NCBI GenBank assembly: GCA_030141605.1 | Contig: JAQGDQ010000056.1 | Location: 1 to 64,000 of the forward strand | Reading direction: 5' to 3' | From: Tubiluchus corallicola | Lineage: Eukaryota > Animalia > Priapulida | Length of the DNA: 64,000 nucleotides | Part shown: positions 1 through 14,023 of the stretch, piece after piece | How positions within the stretch are numbered: the stretch's first letter is position 1 | How the letters are laid out: each line of letters opens with the position of its first letter | Translations under genes and position numbers: made by a program | Notes under the pieces: generated by a model | Seen by the model: the letters and a program-made list of their open reading frames with translations, nothing else | Database searches by the model: none | Told to the model about the DNA's origin: nothing

Positions 1-421
1 TATTGACTGTACAGCACACCAGTTAGTAAAGCAGTAAAAAAGATAACTAATCAGTTGTCAAATCATCAAGGACAAGGACAATTCAATAAATGCAAACCAA
101 TAACCAGAGTAAAAAGTGAATGTTCATCAGTGTAATCAGTGTAATTAGTATTTCCAAGCCACAACAACACTCCACGAACACATCATGTGCCATTACCAAA
201 GCATAGAACTGGCTAAAAAAAATCAACACTAGCACAAACTTCCCATCCCATAGTTAATTCATTTTTACCTTTTTATGGTGAATATTCTAAGAGGCACTGC
301 TTTAATTTCAATTTCAAGAAGAACCCCCCTTGGCATAAAACTACCAACTTTCAAAGTAGAAAAAATAATCTGTATACTGGTCACAGATAAAGTTTCAACT
401 AATGTAATGATATTTATTTAC

Positions 422-3400
422 CTACGAACTCCACCACAATAATGTGTGTCAATAAGGAAGATGGGGCGTAGAGCACGCGTTACTCGAAAATGATTTTCTT
501 GTCGAATTAGAACTGCGATGGCTTCTGCTATCATGATTGCAAGTGTCAAAAACTAGAAAAAAGTATCAGAATAATTATCCTAACAATGGCCATCACACAT
601 AAAACATTTTAAAGTACCCATTCATTTTATCAACTTGTTTTACTGTGAAAAAACGCAACCTCCTATAATACTAAACAATAATGACTCAACAATTCTGATA
701 AAACTCACACTACCTTTATGAGAGTTCTTTTATGAGAAAAAAATTGCTTTAAACCAAGCCACTGCAACTTCATAAGCAGCTCCAAAGAAATTATCATAAG
801 GCATAAGAGTTCCACAGACGCATGTATCTGAAATCATTAAATAAATGACAGTTAAGAACGAAAAATCAGTCCACATAGTAACTACAACTAGATTCGCATC
901 AGAAGTTATTGTAAAAAAAAACATTAAAACTTAACAATAAAAACCACTTCAGACACTTTTAACAATATACTAGAAAAAAATTAAATAAGTAACTCCATAA
1001 TAAGGTTTACAATTTTTTCGTAGCAAATTGTTGCAGAACTTCAACAATTTTTTGTCTCATGCAATCTTTGTTGATACAAAATTTACAGGGGCATCCTGAA
1101 AAACTGAACTTGTATAATCCTGAGCATATGTTATAGCAGTTTTATACTAATGGGCATGACAAAAAACTTTTAAATATTTGTTGGCGTAATTAGCAAAAAA
1201 ACGTAAAGACTACTCTTCGATATTCTCAACTCATATTTCAGTAAAATCACAGATAAAAGTTTGATGCACTCACAATTTGTGTTGGGTGGCAAAAAATTAG
1301 AAGAACGGGGTACATAAGTTTAAGATTTTTTGTGCACAATAAACATGTGGCGATAAATTTTTGTGTCAATCGTTATGTTAATGAACTATAGTCTATGAAA
1401 AATCATAACTTGACCAACAATTGTAAAAATGCACAATAATGATTCAAGTCTCAGTAACAGTAATATCCATACAGTATCCAACTACAGTATTTATTCGAGT
1501 ATAACGCGCACACGTGTATAACGCGCACCCCTAATTTTCGATTAAAAATCGGTATAAAATTTTGTTTCACTTTTTCTCGGCTCAGACCAAGCATTGTAAG
1601 TGACAAACGTTGTTGAACACATGCGGCCATGATAAAAATCATTTATTGACAACATAAATTAAACTATGAACACAATACCGAAATAAAATTTACAATATTT
1701 ATTTAAAATCCTTCAAAGCTAGCTGCTCGATTTCAGTGAATTTCAGCATGATCAACAACTGTGAGCTTGAATGAAGCGTTATATGCAGAACGTTTTCTCT
1801 TGACACCCCGAGTTGCCATCTACCGGGTATATACCGGTAAATAAAAATGTAAACAACACTGAATTGAAACTTTATAACTCTGGATATTGGTAATTGTGCA
1901 AAACATGCAATGCTTAACTCACGTTGCAGTGTGGGCGAGGCGCGGAAATAATCAACTACCATACATCACAGCGGATAATAAGAATTCTTGGAAATGGCAC
2001 CGTCTGACAAAGTCTGCTGATGACGCAAATATTATTGATTATTTCCTTAGCTACGCCTCGCCTCTGCAGTGAGTGTTGCGCATGAGCCATTGAGAATAAT
2101 TTATTTTAGATCGTCCACCCAAGTGCTTTGGATACTGTTACTAAAAATAGACCATAGGCGTTTTGTGGGTCAAGAGATGTGGCTGCATTCAATATTTTGC
2201 GATTGTGGTCAGCATTATCTTCGATTAATGAGTCATTGCACAAATAATATATTGATACATCTAAGCGTGTCACCCCAGCCCTCGTTTATAACGCACATCC
2301 AAACTTTGAGTTCTTTTTTAGATAGAAAAGTTTGCACGTTATACTCGAATAAATACGGGTAACAACACTATCATAATAACTTTTTATAACAAGTATGCTG
2401 TTAGACTAGCATTGCCAGACGTCCCTTATATACGGGACAGGTCGCATATTTGACAATTTTGTCCAGTCCCGTACTGACATTTCAGGGACACCCAAATGTC
2501 CTATATTTAATTCATTTTCAAGTTTCGTAAAAAAATATATTTTTACTACCTTTTTACGGCTCTTAGTTGTAACTTTATAAGTAACATACTTTCCTTTCTC
2601 AGATTCTTTTGATGAAAGTAACCCAAATGTAACGAGGAAACTAGTGTTGCTAGAAGTTTACAAAAAACTGCCTATTAGCAACTTGTTCAGTCGCTAACTT
2701 GCTATGGTTACCATTTTGCTCTCCAGCCTAAATAATTTATTTTCTATATTGTTTTTTTAAAATTACTTTAATTTACATTTTTATATTCTCTTTACTGAAT
2801 AAGAATTATGCAATGATTTCAATTTCTTAGAATTTCTTTTAGTTATCTATATTGCCTCTATTAAATAATAATCATATTTCTTGGTATTGAATAAATATTT
2901 TCAAATGATTTCACTTTTGCAGAATTTTTTCAACTTGTATTAAATAATTTTCAAATGGCTTTACTTTTGTTTTCCTCATAACCCATTAAAATCCTTGCTT
3001 CATGTTTTTAACTTTTGTCTCTACTTTTATATAATATATTGATCTAGGTGTGTAGGCATGTACAAATTTATGTAGTAATATATAGTAATATAGAGAGAGA
3101 TTTTAAGTGTACTGTATTTCCAATTTTCTAATCTGGTAACTCCATGTTAGACATTTCGTCAATCATCATTCAAGTATATTTCAACAGCGAAATTACAATT
3201 AACAAATAATAGTTAACTCTCTATCATCTATATAATTTTAAGCATAAATCAAACTTGCATTTACTATGTGAATGTTTTTACGTAGTTTCATGCTGCAGCA
3301 TCAGTTGCATTGCAGTTCAACTGCATTCCTCAAAAGGAGTATGATTTCTTTTAATTATTACTGTGAGCAAATCTCATCACTCTTACAACTAACACGAGAC

Positions 3401-6400
3401 AAACTGTGTCCTTCACATGTCAACTTGCATTAGTTGTAGTCATTATTTGCCTAATGAGCCAAGAATGCTTTTCTGCATATAAAACAAGTGCGATTATAAA
3501 TTATAGTTAATAATTTGTTCTAAGTATCTAAAATTATTTAAACTAGAATCAATCACACATTGTTTTATTGCTTCTTGAACCGAATGTAGAATTATATAGC
3601 TAAGAAAGACAGCAAGGACCTGCATTTTACGCGCAGACTCATGACAGAGTTAATCGGTAGTATACGTCGCAAAAGACAATATGCAAAAACATGAGGTCAC
3701 AATCTCTGCCATCGTGGCTCATTGATTAAAACCAAAATCAGAAAATAACTGATTTATTTACAAACAATAATTTGTAGGTTTTTTATTTTAATCATTTAGT
3801 TAGTTATAAACACTACAACAAGTGATCACTATAATAACTTTGCTTGACATACACATAACATACCCAAACTGGAGCTTCAAACAGCTTCACAGCGGGTTCT
3901 TCGCAAAGTGCTAAAGCCATGAGAGTAACAGATGCAAACATGTCCAGCAGATGGAACCAAGTAGTGTGCACGATGAGGTATGCTGGTAATGCCTTGCGAC
4001 TTGTTGGATGAGTGTCAAATTTCGTATTGTTTTCTCCTTCCTACATTCAGAGTGAATAAAAGTTACATTTTACAGTTCTGCAAATTTTGATAATGATTAT
4101 CATTCTTACTGAACACAACTTGATGAGAGAAAAGTAAGTTACATATATTATCAATTGAAAATTTGAGATTGACACTAAAATTACCTAATGAAACAGAAAA
4201 CTTTCCTAGTTTGCAATTCAATTAAGACAACGGCCCATTTTTTCCTATTAGTTATTGCAAATAGTCATCTAATATTTTATGCAGCCTATGCAACTTACGA
4301 CTTTTCGACTTTGTGACCTGATCACTACTTAATTAATTAATTAAAGAAAAGTAATAATAACTCATACTCTTTTTAAGCAAATAAATTTTAAATCGCTATC
4401 TGTTGCAACAAATACTTTCGTATGTGCTGCCATCAGAACACATAGACAACATTTTACACATAGAGGCGTGCACCTCTTGATCCGAGGGTGGTCCAGTTGC
4501 ATTTAAGTCTGCACTGCTAAACTTTAGTTGCTATAAGCATATAGATATAACTAATGAACTATTCCAATTATCTTTATAATTGTATAATAGTCGTTAGGTA
4601 CTATACTGAAGTGAACGAATTTGCACCGATTTCTTGCATTAAAAAACTAGCACATTTTAATAAATACAATGAGCACTTTTTCGAATCACATATGTGAGCT
4701 GACATACTAAATTTATATTTCACACGCAGTTTAGCTAGCATACATTTTAGCTATAAAATCTATGAAAAGACACAGAAACACAATTTTTGGCAAGAAAATC
4801 ATTTACCACAAAACAATCACTACCTCAATGTCCTGGGGCATTGAATTCAATTTAGCATAAAAACAGTAGTGGATATAGTCAAATTTTTAAAAATTTCCAA
4901 TGTTGTTTAAATTACCTGCAAATAAATAGCAGCTTCATGGTAATTTGCATGCCATCGACGTTGTAGATAAGCTTGTTCTTCAGCAATGACATCTTCTGTC
5001 AGATCTGGCTCATTGAGAGGAATGTCATAAAGGGTATTCGTGCTCCCTATATCTCCGCATGCGCCTAGGCTTACTGTATCTGAAACATTCATTCATTTTA
5101 GTGTGTAGAACACAAAAAGAAATAATCATCAAATTATAATTACTTGTAAGGATATGGTATCAAATATTTACCTTCAAACAGTTTAGGTGTTACTTATAAG
5201 GATATGGTATCAAATATTTACCTTCAAACAGTTTAAGTGTGCTAGTACTATGGCAGGGGGGCACACTTCTCAGTTCGCTACTTTAAACAAGTTTGTGAGT
5301 CTGACCATACAACATTATCGTCAAATTTGTTCCAATGGGAACAACTCTATTAGCAAAGAAATGCTCTCGCATGTTTGTCCCGAAAGATGGAACAAAGAGA
5401 TCATGCTCATGACCTCAAAGTTCTATGAGTGACAGAAAAATGAAGTTTGATCAATGTGCCAATATTCTTTAATTATTTCATATATATTAACCAAACCAAT
5501 TGATGGTCTTATTCCAAAGTAGAAACATTGACAGTACATTGACAGTTATTGAGATAACCTTTAATCAACTTATTTTCATTACTTAATGAACTTGCAGTCT
5601 TAATATCTGTTTACACTATTCACAATGTGACATGGTCTGCGTAAGAAATTGTTTAGTCATGCAGAATCCAAATCTTCTGACACGGATGCAAGAACGTGAG
5701 TACCTGATGGAGTGTTGGTTACTCGACCATCACAAGATTTATTTAGTGGGCCAACTAATCTCTGTACTCGGGTGCCACGACGTTCAGCCAAAATACCTCT
5801 TTCACCAAGTCTTAGCACTTGACTATCAGCAAAGGTTAATTCCGTTTGCCTGCCGTTGTCTGTATAAAATTGAGCGATCCCGCTGTATAAAAATGTGATG
5901 CATCCAACTAGTAGCTGATTCTTTGTGAAGCAATGCTTTAGCATTGAAAACACAGCACAATGCTTATACATCACTGAATTTGACTAGAAAACGGACATTT
6001 CTTCCTTCCTTAAATTTTCCAAGACTTTGCCTGTGCCATGAAGAAAACAATATGTCTGCAGTAGATCAGCTCTTTTCCTTCTGAATTCTAAGGATTGGAT
6101 ATTGAGTGGTCGTGGTCTGCTGAACATTCCATGTCTTTTAATCCAGGGCCTGATTTGGTGGCCCATTGCTGTATTGCCTCAACAGCTTCGCGATGAAATA
6201 CAAAATGTGGACTCTATACTACTGATGCATTCTCCAGATGAGGGTCTAACTAAAGACATATACAGCCTTTTAAACATATTACTATCCATGAATCTAGAAG
6301 TTTTGATGAGGATCCCTAATTGTCTATTTGCAGTTTTTACCTTTTCAGAAATATATTTGTCAAAGGAAAGGTTGTTATCTATATACACTCCAAGATCTTG

Positions 6401-9400
6401 TTCAACTTGTACAGGTCCAAGTTCACACGTGCTATTTCCATCTGGTGTGTAGTATCTGTATTCCTCGTTCTTGTTGCTATTTATATGTAATACATGACAC
6501 TTTGATGGGTTGAATCTCATTTGAAACTGTTCAAACCAATTGTAGAGACGGAAAATTTCTTTTTGAAGAATGTTGTGGTCTTGCTCTAATTGCAGAATTC
6601 CGTAAAGTTTACTGTCATCTGCAAAGAGATGGATTGGACTGCAGGGGATTTCAAACATGTCAGTAACACAGATTAAGAACAGCAAAGGTCCAAGTACTGA
6701 TCCCTGAACAACTCCACTGTTTACGTCCAACACTTCTGAATACTCATTACTGACTTCACTCTCTGACTTCTGTATTTTAGGAAACTTTCTACAAAATTCA
6801 GTATGTTACCTTTAACTCCACAACTTTCCAATTTAGTCATTATTCTGTTGTGAGGAACTCAACTATATATGTATATTACATCTACTGCTACGTTCTCATC
6901 CATCGCGACTGACCATTCCGTTATCGTGTCCAGCAGATTTGTTAAACAAAAACACCCTTTTAAAAATCCATGTTGATTGACAATGGTTGAAGAGATTATA
7001 AGATAAGAGATAAAAAATGTTCCTGTATTCCATTCTTGATTATAGTTTCCAAGATTTTACTAATAGTTGAAGTTAGGCTTATCGGCCTGTATATTCCTTT
7101 GTCTTTTTTCTGTGCAGAGGCATTATATCTGCTATCTTCCAGTCACATAGAATTTCTCCAGTCTTTATAGAATTGCTGAATATTAACTGAAGGGGTTGCA
7201 CAACCTCATGTAGAGATTCTAAGACTGGCCTAGGAAAGATGTAGTCAGGTCCTGCAGCTTTGTACTGTCTTCTTTAAAACTGACAGTAGTTGGGCATGTA
7301 ACAAAAATTGACTGTAACATAAATGTCTTGTAACATAAGTGGCTGAGTTACTAACTGTTTTTGTGCTTTTATAGGAAAAGATGACATATCTTCAATAGCA
7401 TATACTGACAGAAAAACACATTGAGCACTCTGCCACTCTGACTTCTGTTTACCTTCTATGTGACTGACATTATGCTTGTCTATTAAGTTCAGGATGCTGA
7501 TGCTGCTATTATGTGTTCTTCTTTTGCATATATGCAGAATTTCTTAGGGTTACCTTTAAATTCCATTGATATATTATTTTCGTAATTGGTATTGTGCATA
7601 TGTGAAGAGATTATTTAATTCTTCATTGCATTCTGTATAAGCTAGCCAGTTTTGGTCGGTTTTGCAAGAGAGATACCTCTTCCACACTCTCTTTCCGAGC
7701 TACCAACCTATCACTGTTCTTGTTCCACCATGGGTGTGGTATATCATCTTCGCTCCTATAATTGACTTTGGTATATACGCTTGCATAGCTTCAAGAAATA
7801 TACTTTTGAATTTTAACCAGGCCTATTTGGTGCTGCAATTTAGTTGGATGATCTAGTCTACAATCTACAAGTTTTGTTTGAGGGGATCATAGTTGCCATT
7901 TTTGAAGTTAAATTTGATTATGGGTTTACATTCCATAGATTCGTTCCTAAAAACACTTCCTGGCATGCAAATGTCTACCACCACAACATCAAGATCTGAT
8001 TTTCCAATTGGCGCTAGGTGCCAAAGATTGTCAGCTAAGAGTGGGTAGTTAGCACAAACTAAATCTAAAATTGCAGATGTTTGTCCATGTCTATGTCTAG
8101 TTTCATTCTTAACCATCTGTTCTAGCCCTGTCTCCATGATTGAAGAATAAAGCAACTGCACAGCACTGTCTTTGGCTGCCTGAACATTACCAGTTTCCTA
8201 GTTGATTTCTCGGCAGTTGAAGGCATCAGTTATAAAGATGATGTCTTCCTTCCACTTCTTGGATGCTTCTATTATGGATTTAGTAACTGCATTGTTTTCC
8301 TTATTAGAATTGTGGCTTCTGTAAAAACATCCAATATGCAATTTAATGCCATTGCCCTGCTGACATGGGATTATTGAATTAACAAAGATCTCATTGCCAA
8401 TGGTTGAGAGTTCATCTGAGCAGTTGACCTCTCCTAGTGTATTTTTACTAGGATGAGGCAGCCTCTACAGTTATATTTACACTTACATGAAAAATAGTTA
8501 TAACCAGAAAAATGCCAGGTCTGAGCTGAGAGCATTATACTGACATTTGGAATTATTAGCGGTTTACGCATTTCTATGAGCTGCATGAATTCAGTTATTT
8601 TACTTGTTAGATATGTTTGAATGTAGAACTCCAAACAGTGGGTTCTCCTTCTGAATTCTAGAAACGAAAGCATGAAGTAGTTGGGTTGTTTTTTGGCTGC
8701 CGAAGAGTTCTTTTACTCAGATGAGTAGCTTTCAGAATATCGTCTTTTGTTATGTTAACTGCTATCTGTTTGCGAGTCTCAACTACCTGTATAACATCAT
8801 CTGTTTGTCTATCTGAAGAAGTTTCTCTAAAAAATTCTTCAATACCATACACTACCAGGTTTAGTTATTGACAACACTACTGACAGCTTTTATAGCAAGT
8901 TTTGCTTCAATTTTAGAAATGCGTGTCTCTAATTTCTTTTGAAATTCTTTGAGCTTACATTCAACAGTAACACCATTAAGTACATCACCTGTTAAATAAA
9001 TCTGCTAGGCTGTTACAGCTTCTGTCTTCCAAAAAAAATTTGCCTATTGAAGAAGAGTGGTTGGATTGATAACCAATTTATTCTTTACCAGCCTTTCTCT
9101 TGTCTTAAATTCCTTGTCTAGTTTATTTAGAATCATGCAGGAACAAAAAAAATAACACAGTACAACTGCGGACACGGAGTAAAATTTAATTTTAGTTTAA
9201 TTTAATTCAAATTTCCTGCCTTACAGCCTTCAGCCATAATGGAAAACTTTAAGGTTGGGGAAACAGTAAAATAAAGAACAGTGTGGGGCCCAATTATGTG
9301 TTGCTCTAGTGCTGATAAATTAAACAAAATAAGTGAAAGGTGTGTAAGCATAGATGCTCAAATCTATGTAGATGATATATTGAGTATGGTAACAGAGGAA

Positions 9401-10654
9401 AGAGTAATAAAAGCAATAAAGAGCTGTAGAAGCATGGAAGAATTAAAAAATTACTTTCAGTGCAGAGAAGTCCCAAAACATACACTTAAATCCTAGTAAA
9501 TGAAAAAATGAAGAAAAGAGTGAAAAATTACATGTAAATGAGGGCGAATTAAAAAATGTAGACCCGTTACACGTATTTGGGTGATTACATAATAGAAAAA
9601 GGAACCTGTTATATGAGTATAGAAAGAAAGTGAGACAATTGGTTACATAAGGAGATCAATATACAAGAATTAGATTATTAGTTTATGAAACAATGACTAA
9701 TCCTACTTTATTAGGAAATATGGAAATATGGGGAACACTAAGTAAAAACAAATAGCAAAAAATAGAATCTGGGCAAAAGGAAATTATGTGCGGAATGTTC
9801 AAACAAAGAATAAGTACAAGTTACTGAGGCATTTTACCGATTTGTGGAATGTGGTCAAAGTATATTACAAGCAGTGGATGTGGCTAAGAACTTTATAGGT
9901 GTCATCGAATAGATAGATGCAGAGAAAAGTGTTAATGAGTGTGTAAAAAAGTAATGTGCCAGACAGTTGGACAGACAATGCAGAGAAACTTGCTAGAATG
10001 TACAATTTGAATATAACAGAAAATAAGTTAAAACTTCAAAAAAATCTAGATGGGAAAAAGAAGTTAAGGGGGTGATCCAAAAATACTTCATTGAAGGTAA
10101 CTGATGAAAAAACAAAATTATGATTTCGAAGAAAAGTGTGATGAGAAGACTGCATGCGAGATAACAGAGAGGAAACTTAATATAATGATTGCTCTGTTAT
10201 TATGAAAAGGATACAACCGAGCATCTGTTACTATGCAAGAAGGGTATGGAAATATTAGGAGAAACAACAACAACTGCAGATTGTTTCTATAATATAGTGA
10301 TCATATTGATTGAATTAAATGAGCGCATAACGAAAACGATGCGGCTAAGAAAGAAATATGGAATCGAACTAGAGATATAGATGACAAGAAAAAAACAAAA
10401 AACCACGAAAATAAAAACAAGGACTGCAAAAGTTGACGTTATTAAGAAGAGAAAGGCTTGCACCAAAAGTGCCTACTGGAAATGGTAGAGAGGCCGCCGT
10501 GTAACCGCTTCAAATACTGTCACCACCGTTATGTAAACGTACCACCAGTTATTGCTCTAAATCTCAAGCCATACAGCAAACTCCGAGCACGGGAGCGACT
10601 AATTTGCACATTAGCAGCAGATTCCGAGGAATTACAGTCAACAGGCGCAGCCAT
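422..10654 (-). CDS. TPCN1: Two-pore channel 1 (TPC1), N-terminal exons; the gene continues beyond the left edge
   Basis: GT-AG exons in consistent phase: 5079-4916 (..[15 protein letters not shown]), 4040-3864 ([31 protein letters not shown]), 827-714 ([32 protein letters not shown]), 552-422 (..[35 protein letters not shown]). These match TPC1 signature segments (NYxEAAIYLQEGENN, RVTRALR, YCGGVRR). The first exon 10654-10543 (aaaATGGCTGCG; [14 protein letters not shown], phase-1 donor gtacgt) is phase-compatible but less certain. Confidence 0.92.
1485..2359. mobile_element. Non-autonomous Tc1/mariner-superfamily (pogo/Tc2-like) MITE
   Basis: Terminal inverted repeats CAGTATTTATTCGAGTATAACGCGCA ... 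TGCACGTTATACTCGAATAAATACGG, flanked by TA at 1483-1484 and 2360-2361; no coding capacity; lies in a TPC1 intron. Confidence 0.8.
2407..3144. mobile_element. Non-autonomous hAT (Blackjack-like) MITE
   Basis: 8-bp TSD TGTTAGAC at 2399-2406 and 3145-3152; imperfect TIRs TAGCATTGCCAGA / TCTGGTAACTCCA; subterminal GTCCC/GGGAC motifs. Confidence 0.8.
5141..5240. repeat. 50-bp tandem duplication (2 copies)
   Basis: tacttgtaaggatatggtatcaaatatttaccttcaaacagtttaggtgt is repeated with 2 mismatches. Confidence 0.95.
5245..5435 (-). mobile_element. CR1/L2-type LINE 3'-end fragment
   Basis: Minus-strand translation gives [25 protein letters not shown], the conserved RGH...FFxxRVV end of CR1/L2 ORF2. Confidence 0.65.
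5985..9130 (-). mobile_element. Near full-length decayed CR1-like LINE (ORF1, APE endonuclease, reverse transcriptase) in TPC1 intron 1
   Basis: ORF1-like NLVVYGIEE (~8660-8860); endonuclease ..[18 protein letters not shown] (7865-8161); [46 protein letters not shown] (6179-6733); many stops and frameshifts. Confidence 0.9.
9235..10500 (+). mobile_element. 5'-truncated decayed LINE (RT C-terminal half and CCHC-like tail)
   Basis: ..VWGPIMCC.., [30 protein letters not shown]; frameshifted. Confidence 0.75.
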
Positions 10655-10929
10655 TTTCGATAACTTCAGCCAGCAAAAAGCTTGAAGCCAAAAAACGGTT
10701 AGAGATTCAGTTTACTCCGTTTTGTTTCATACTTACATGCAACTGCTTGTGAGACTGTTACACTGTTATGATCAAGTAAAGCAAGCAAGGAACATGCTTA
10801 GTGTCATTCATAGAAACTTTGAAAAACCTTATTTTTCCACAAAGTAATTGTCAGTTGAAGATTTAAATTTTACTAGGGTTACCCGGCAATCGCCATGGCA
10901 GGCAAATTATTTCCTTTGTTCACTACTGT

Positions 10930-11230
10930 CAGAGTAAATGAATTATTTACATAATTACATTAAGACATGACTGCTTTTAAAAGTTTTAAACTATGTTCTC
11001 TAGTTTTTGAATCAACAACTAAATTAAGAATTTTTTTGGCACTTTCTGCACAATTGTCTCGGCGCAGAACGTAAAGAGTTTCAAAAATAGACTTGATGAG
11101 CATTGGGCTACTAGCAGATATGCAACACCTGACGGTGCCTTTGCCTATTATAACACACATAACTTGGTACCGTGGATACTGTGGATACATACGATCCTCT
11201 TCACCAAATCAGCGAGCAAGCTGATATCAA
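10930..11230 (+). mobile_element. CR1/L2-type LINE extreme 3' fragment
   Basis: Plus-strand VSAQNVKSFKNRLDEHW matches the SFKNRLDxHW end of CR1 ORF2. Confidence 0.6.
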
Positions 11231-11399
11231 TAAAAAGTGCCAGTTTGTAAGATCAGAAACGTGTATTTTGTTCACTTTGATAATTTTCTTTTCCATCAAT
11301 CAACAATTATTACTATATCATTGCTTACTCGTCTTTCAATACACTAGCTGCGACACCTCTGTGACATACAATCGAACTTTTCTTAATAAAACTGTGCAA

Positions 11400-13330
11400 G
11401 TATCGCTAATATCTTGCACAGATAATCCCAATTTTATTAATATTCATTGACCTGTATTGAAACATGTTCTGTGGTATCACCAGCAAAATGGCAGAATGGA
11501 CATTTCAAGTCCTCTTTATACAAATTTCATGTTCAACCTTACGGCTGTAATTTCTTTTATCTCATCTAAACAACATTTTAACACGTAGTCTTGCTTTTGA
11601 AAACTGTTGACTTTTAGAAATCTTATTTTTTTTTTCATGTTCTCTGTTTTAATTTTAAGTTCATTTTTGATAAACAAACTATTAAACTTTTTAAGTACTT
11701 CTTTCTTCGAATTTTTGGAGTGAGTTTATATCAACTACATTTAGGTTAATTTGTATTTAGTCAATTAATATCTTTAATTTTAGAATACCAACATTTACTC
11801 AGTGCTGGATTAAAAGGAGCTCAAGGGGCCCGGGCCCTGAGCCACCCACCAAGAGAGGGTCTCCCACCAATATAAGCTGTGATGATATCATATACTGGAC
11901 TCATACAAAATTGTGTCAGTTTGTAACATTTGCCAATGTCTTCGCAGACGAAGAGCGAAAAGATATCAGACCTGGGCTTTTCCTGTACAGACTCATCATA
12001 GACAAGGATGTGCAGGACACTTACACAAACAGTCAGATAGCTCTACGGATATACCTTATTTTGATGGTATCAAACTGCAGTTGCGAGCGCTGCTTCTCAA
12101 AGCTCAAATTAATTGAAAACTGATTACGGACATCCATGGAAGCAGAAACGACTTGTAAATCTGACTATCATGAGCATCAAGTCAGATGTAGTGCGTTATT
12201 TGACTTCAACTGACATCATCAGTGACTTTGCCACACAAGAATCGAAAAAATTGTCTGGACCTTATAACTCCATCCATTTTCTGATTTGAACTATATTTAC
12301 TTGTTAGTTATACTATACTTTTTCACGAAACATTAAATAATTTAAATTGAATTTTTTATATTATCATTTTTCTGCGTAAAAAATTCGGCAGAATGACTTG
12401 TGTTAACTTTTTTTGTGTTCATGCATTAGAAATTATACCATTGAAAGAACAGTCTCCATTCAGTATTACCTAACTAAAGTGTCCTATTTATATATTTGTA
12501 TTTAGGTTACTATTCTGTGGTGTATGCAATAGGGGGGTTCGAAAGGGGGCCTCCTTTCCAAGTAGACACCAGGCCTCCCACATCTTAATCCAGCCTACAT
12601 TTACTAAAATTGTTACTTATTTGTGTACTCTTAAAACCTGCTTAGCCAACCTTCCATTATTTGAATTCATTAATAAGTGATAGTGTATTAATTTTTATAT
12701 TATATTCTACATATCAGACGGTATGTTTGCATTTCAGTTGGCATATGCCCAAGTATGGAGTACTGTTTTTTGGCATAAGATTTTTGATAATACATCTTAT
12801 TGCATGAATACTCTCTAACATATGTATTTCTCTTTGAGTGATGTTAGTCCAGGTCTCGCTGTCATTTGTGTTATCTATGGAACAACAATATTTTCGTATA
12901 ACATTAAACGCAATGCTGTTATACAAGAGCCAACTTTTGCGCCACTGCCAATGGCCAAAAACTCAGATATTGTAAATTTCACTTTCTCCATTTTTCACAT
13001 ATCAGATGATAATTATTTTTAGTGTTAAATCAATCCTCCAGATATTTATCTTTGTTGTTTTTTTATTTGTCCTTTACATTCAATCCTAATTCTTTTGTAG
13101 CTTGTTTTTTTTGTCATATTAGTCACCATCTACTTTGTTTTTTTTAAATTAAACGACAACATTTTTTGAGTTTCTATTTCTCTAAAATTCTCAACGGCTT
13201 TGCTTATTGTTCTTGTACAGCCAGCAGATAACACGTATGTGCTAGCTGTCACTGTTTCGTCCACACATTGTTTTTCAGTAGCTGTAATTGTGTTGTGCTG
13301 ATATATGGTTATTGATGTTTTCGGGGTGAA
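11400..13330 (-). mobile_element. Decayed LINE fragment, related to 9235-10500 and interrupted by a hAT element
   Basis: Minus strand ..KAVENFREIETQKMLSFN, ETWTNITQREIHMLESIH..STPYLGI and LKCPFCHFAGDTTEH; same motif order as the plus-strand copy. Confidence 0.7.
11800..12597 (+). mobile_element. Internally deleted hAT DNA transposon retaining the transposase C-terminal dimerization region
   Basis: 8-bp TSD CATTTACT (11792-11799, 12598-12605); TIRs CAGTGCTGGATTAA / TTAATCCAGCCTA; GGGCCC-rich subterminal sequence; translation IALRIYLILMVSNCSCERCFSKLKLIEN*LRTSM. Confidence 0.9.
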
Positions 13331-14009
13331 TTAACGATCAGCCTAACGTCCTGGACAAACACCACAGCTGTGGAGATGGTAAGTGGCAAAGACAAAATGT
13401 TTTCTTTTCTAGTCAGAATTTTATAACCTTCAAAATTCTCTGCAGTATTTTATTTCAGTTCGATTGTTCTTGGTACACAAAACACCAGGATCAAATTACC
13501 TCTCTTCTTTTGAAATCTCAGTGAAAGGAATTTCAAATTCTTTAGCTTTGTTAATGCATCAGATGTCACAAATATATATCTGTAAAGTGCTTACATACTA
13601 ATGAAGTTAAAGAAATAGGGGATCGCTCTCACACATCTTTTTTAAAAATAGGTGTTACGTTAGCTAACTTGCATGGCGACTCAACAAACTTTGATTGTAC
13701 AATAAAATGCACGGTTTACACAAACTGTCTGCAAGTTTAGTTTTCTAGAACCAAAATTATAATGATCAGACATTTTATTGTGTTTGAGTTTACGGATATG
13801 ATTAACGAGTACTATTCTGTTTCGTCGGTTTCACTGCTTTGTATTGTTTGCAATAAGCATCATAGAATTCATAACATGTCAGGCTAGTCAAAAAACTCAG
13901 AAGTGAAGGGCCCTAGGCCTTTGACATCGAAGCACTTTCTGGAAGTGTTTTGCGTTAGTGTCGAAGAGCACCATGACATCAGCGTTTTCAACCGTTTTGC
14001 CACTAGGTT

Positions 14010-14023
14010 TCTACCATGGCAAC
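14010..14023 (+). promoter_or_regulatory. Candidate RFX X-box upstream of DRC10
   Basis: TCTACCATGGCAAC matches GTNRCCATGGYAAC at 12 of 14 positions; a further GGCAAC half-site lies at ~14087; it sits in a non-repeat island upstream of a motile-cilia gene. Confidence 0.4.

Noticed and set aside
13300-13580. Minus-strand exon-like stretches (LTKLKNLKFLSL.., ENFEGYKIL..)
   Set aside because: No start codon, recognisable domain or in-frame continuation could be built.
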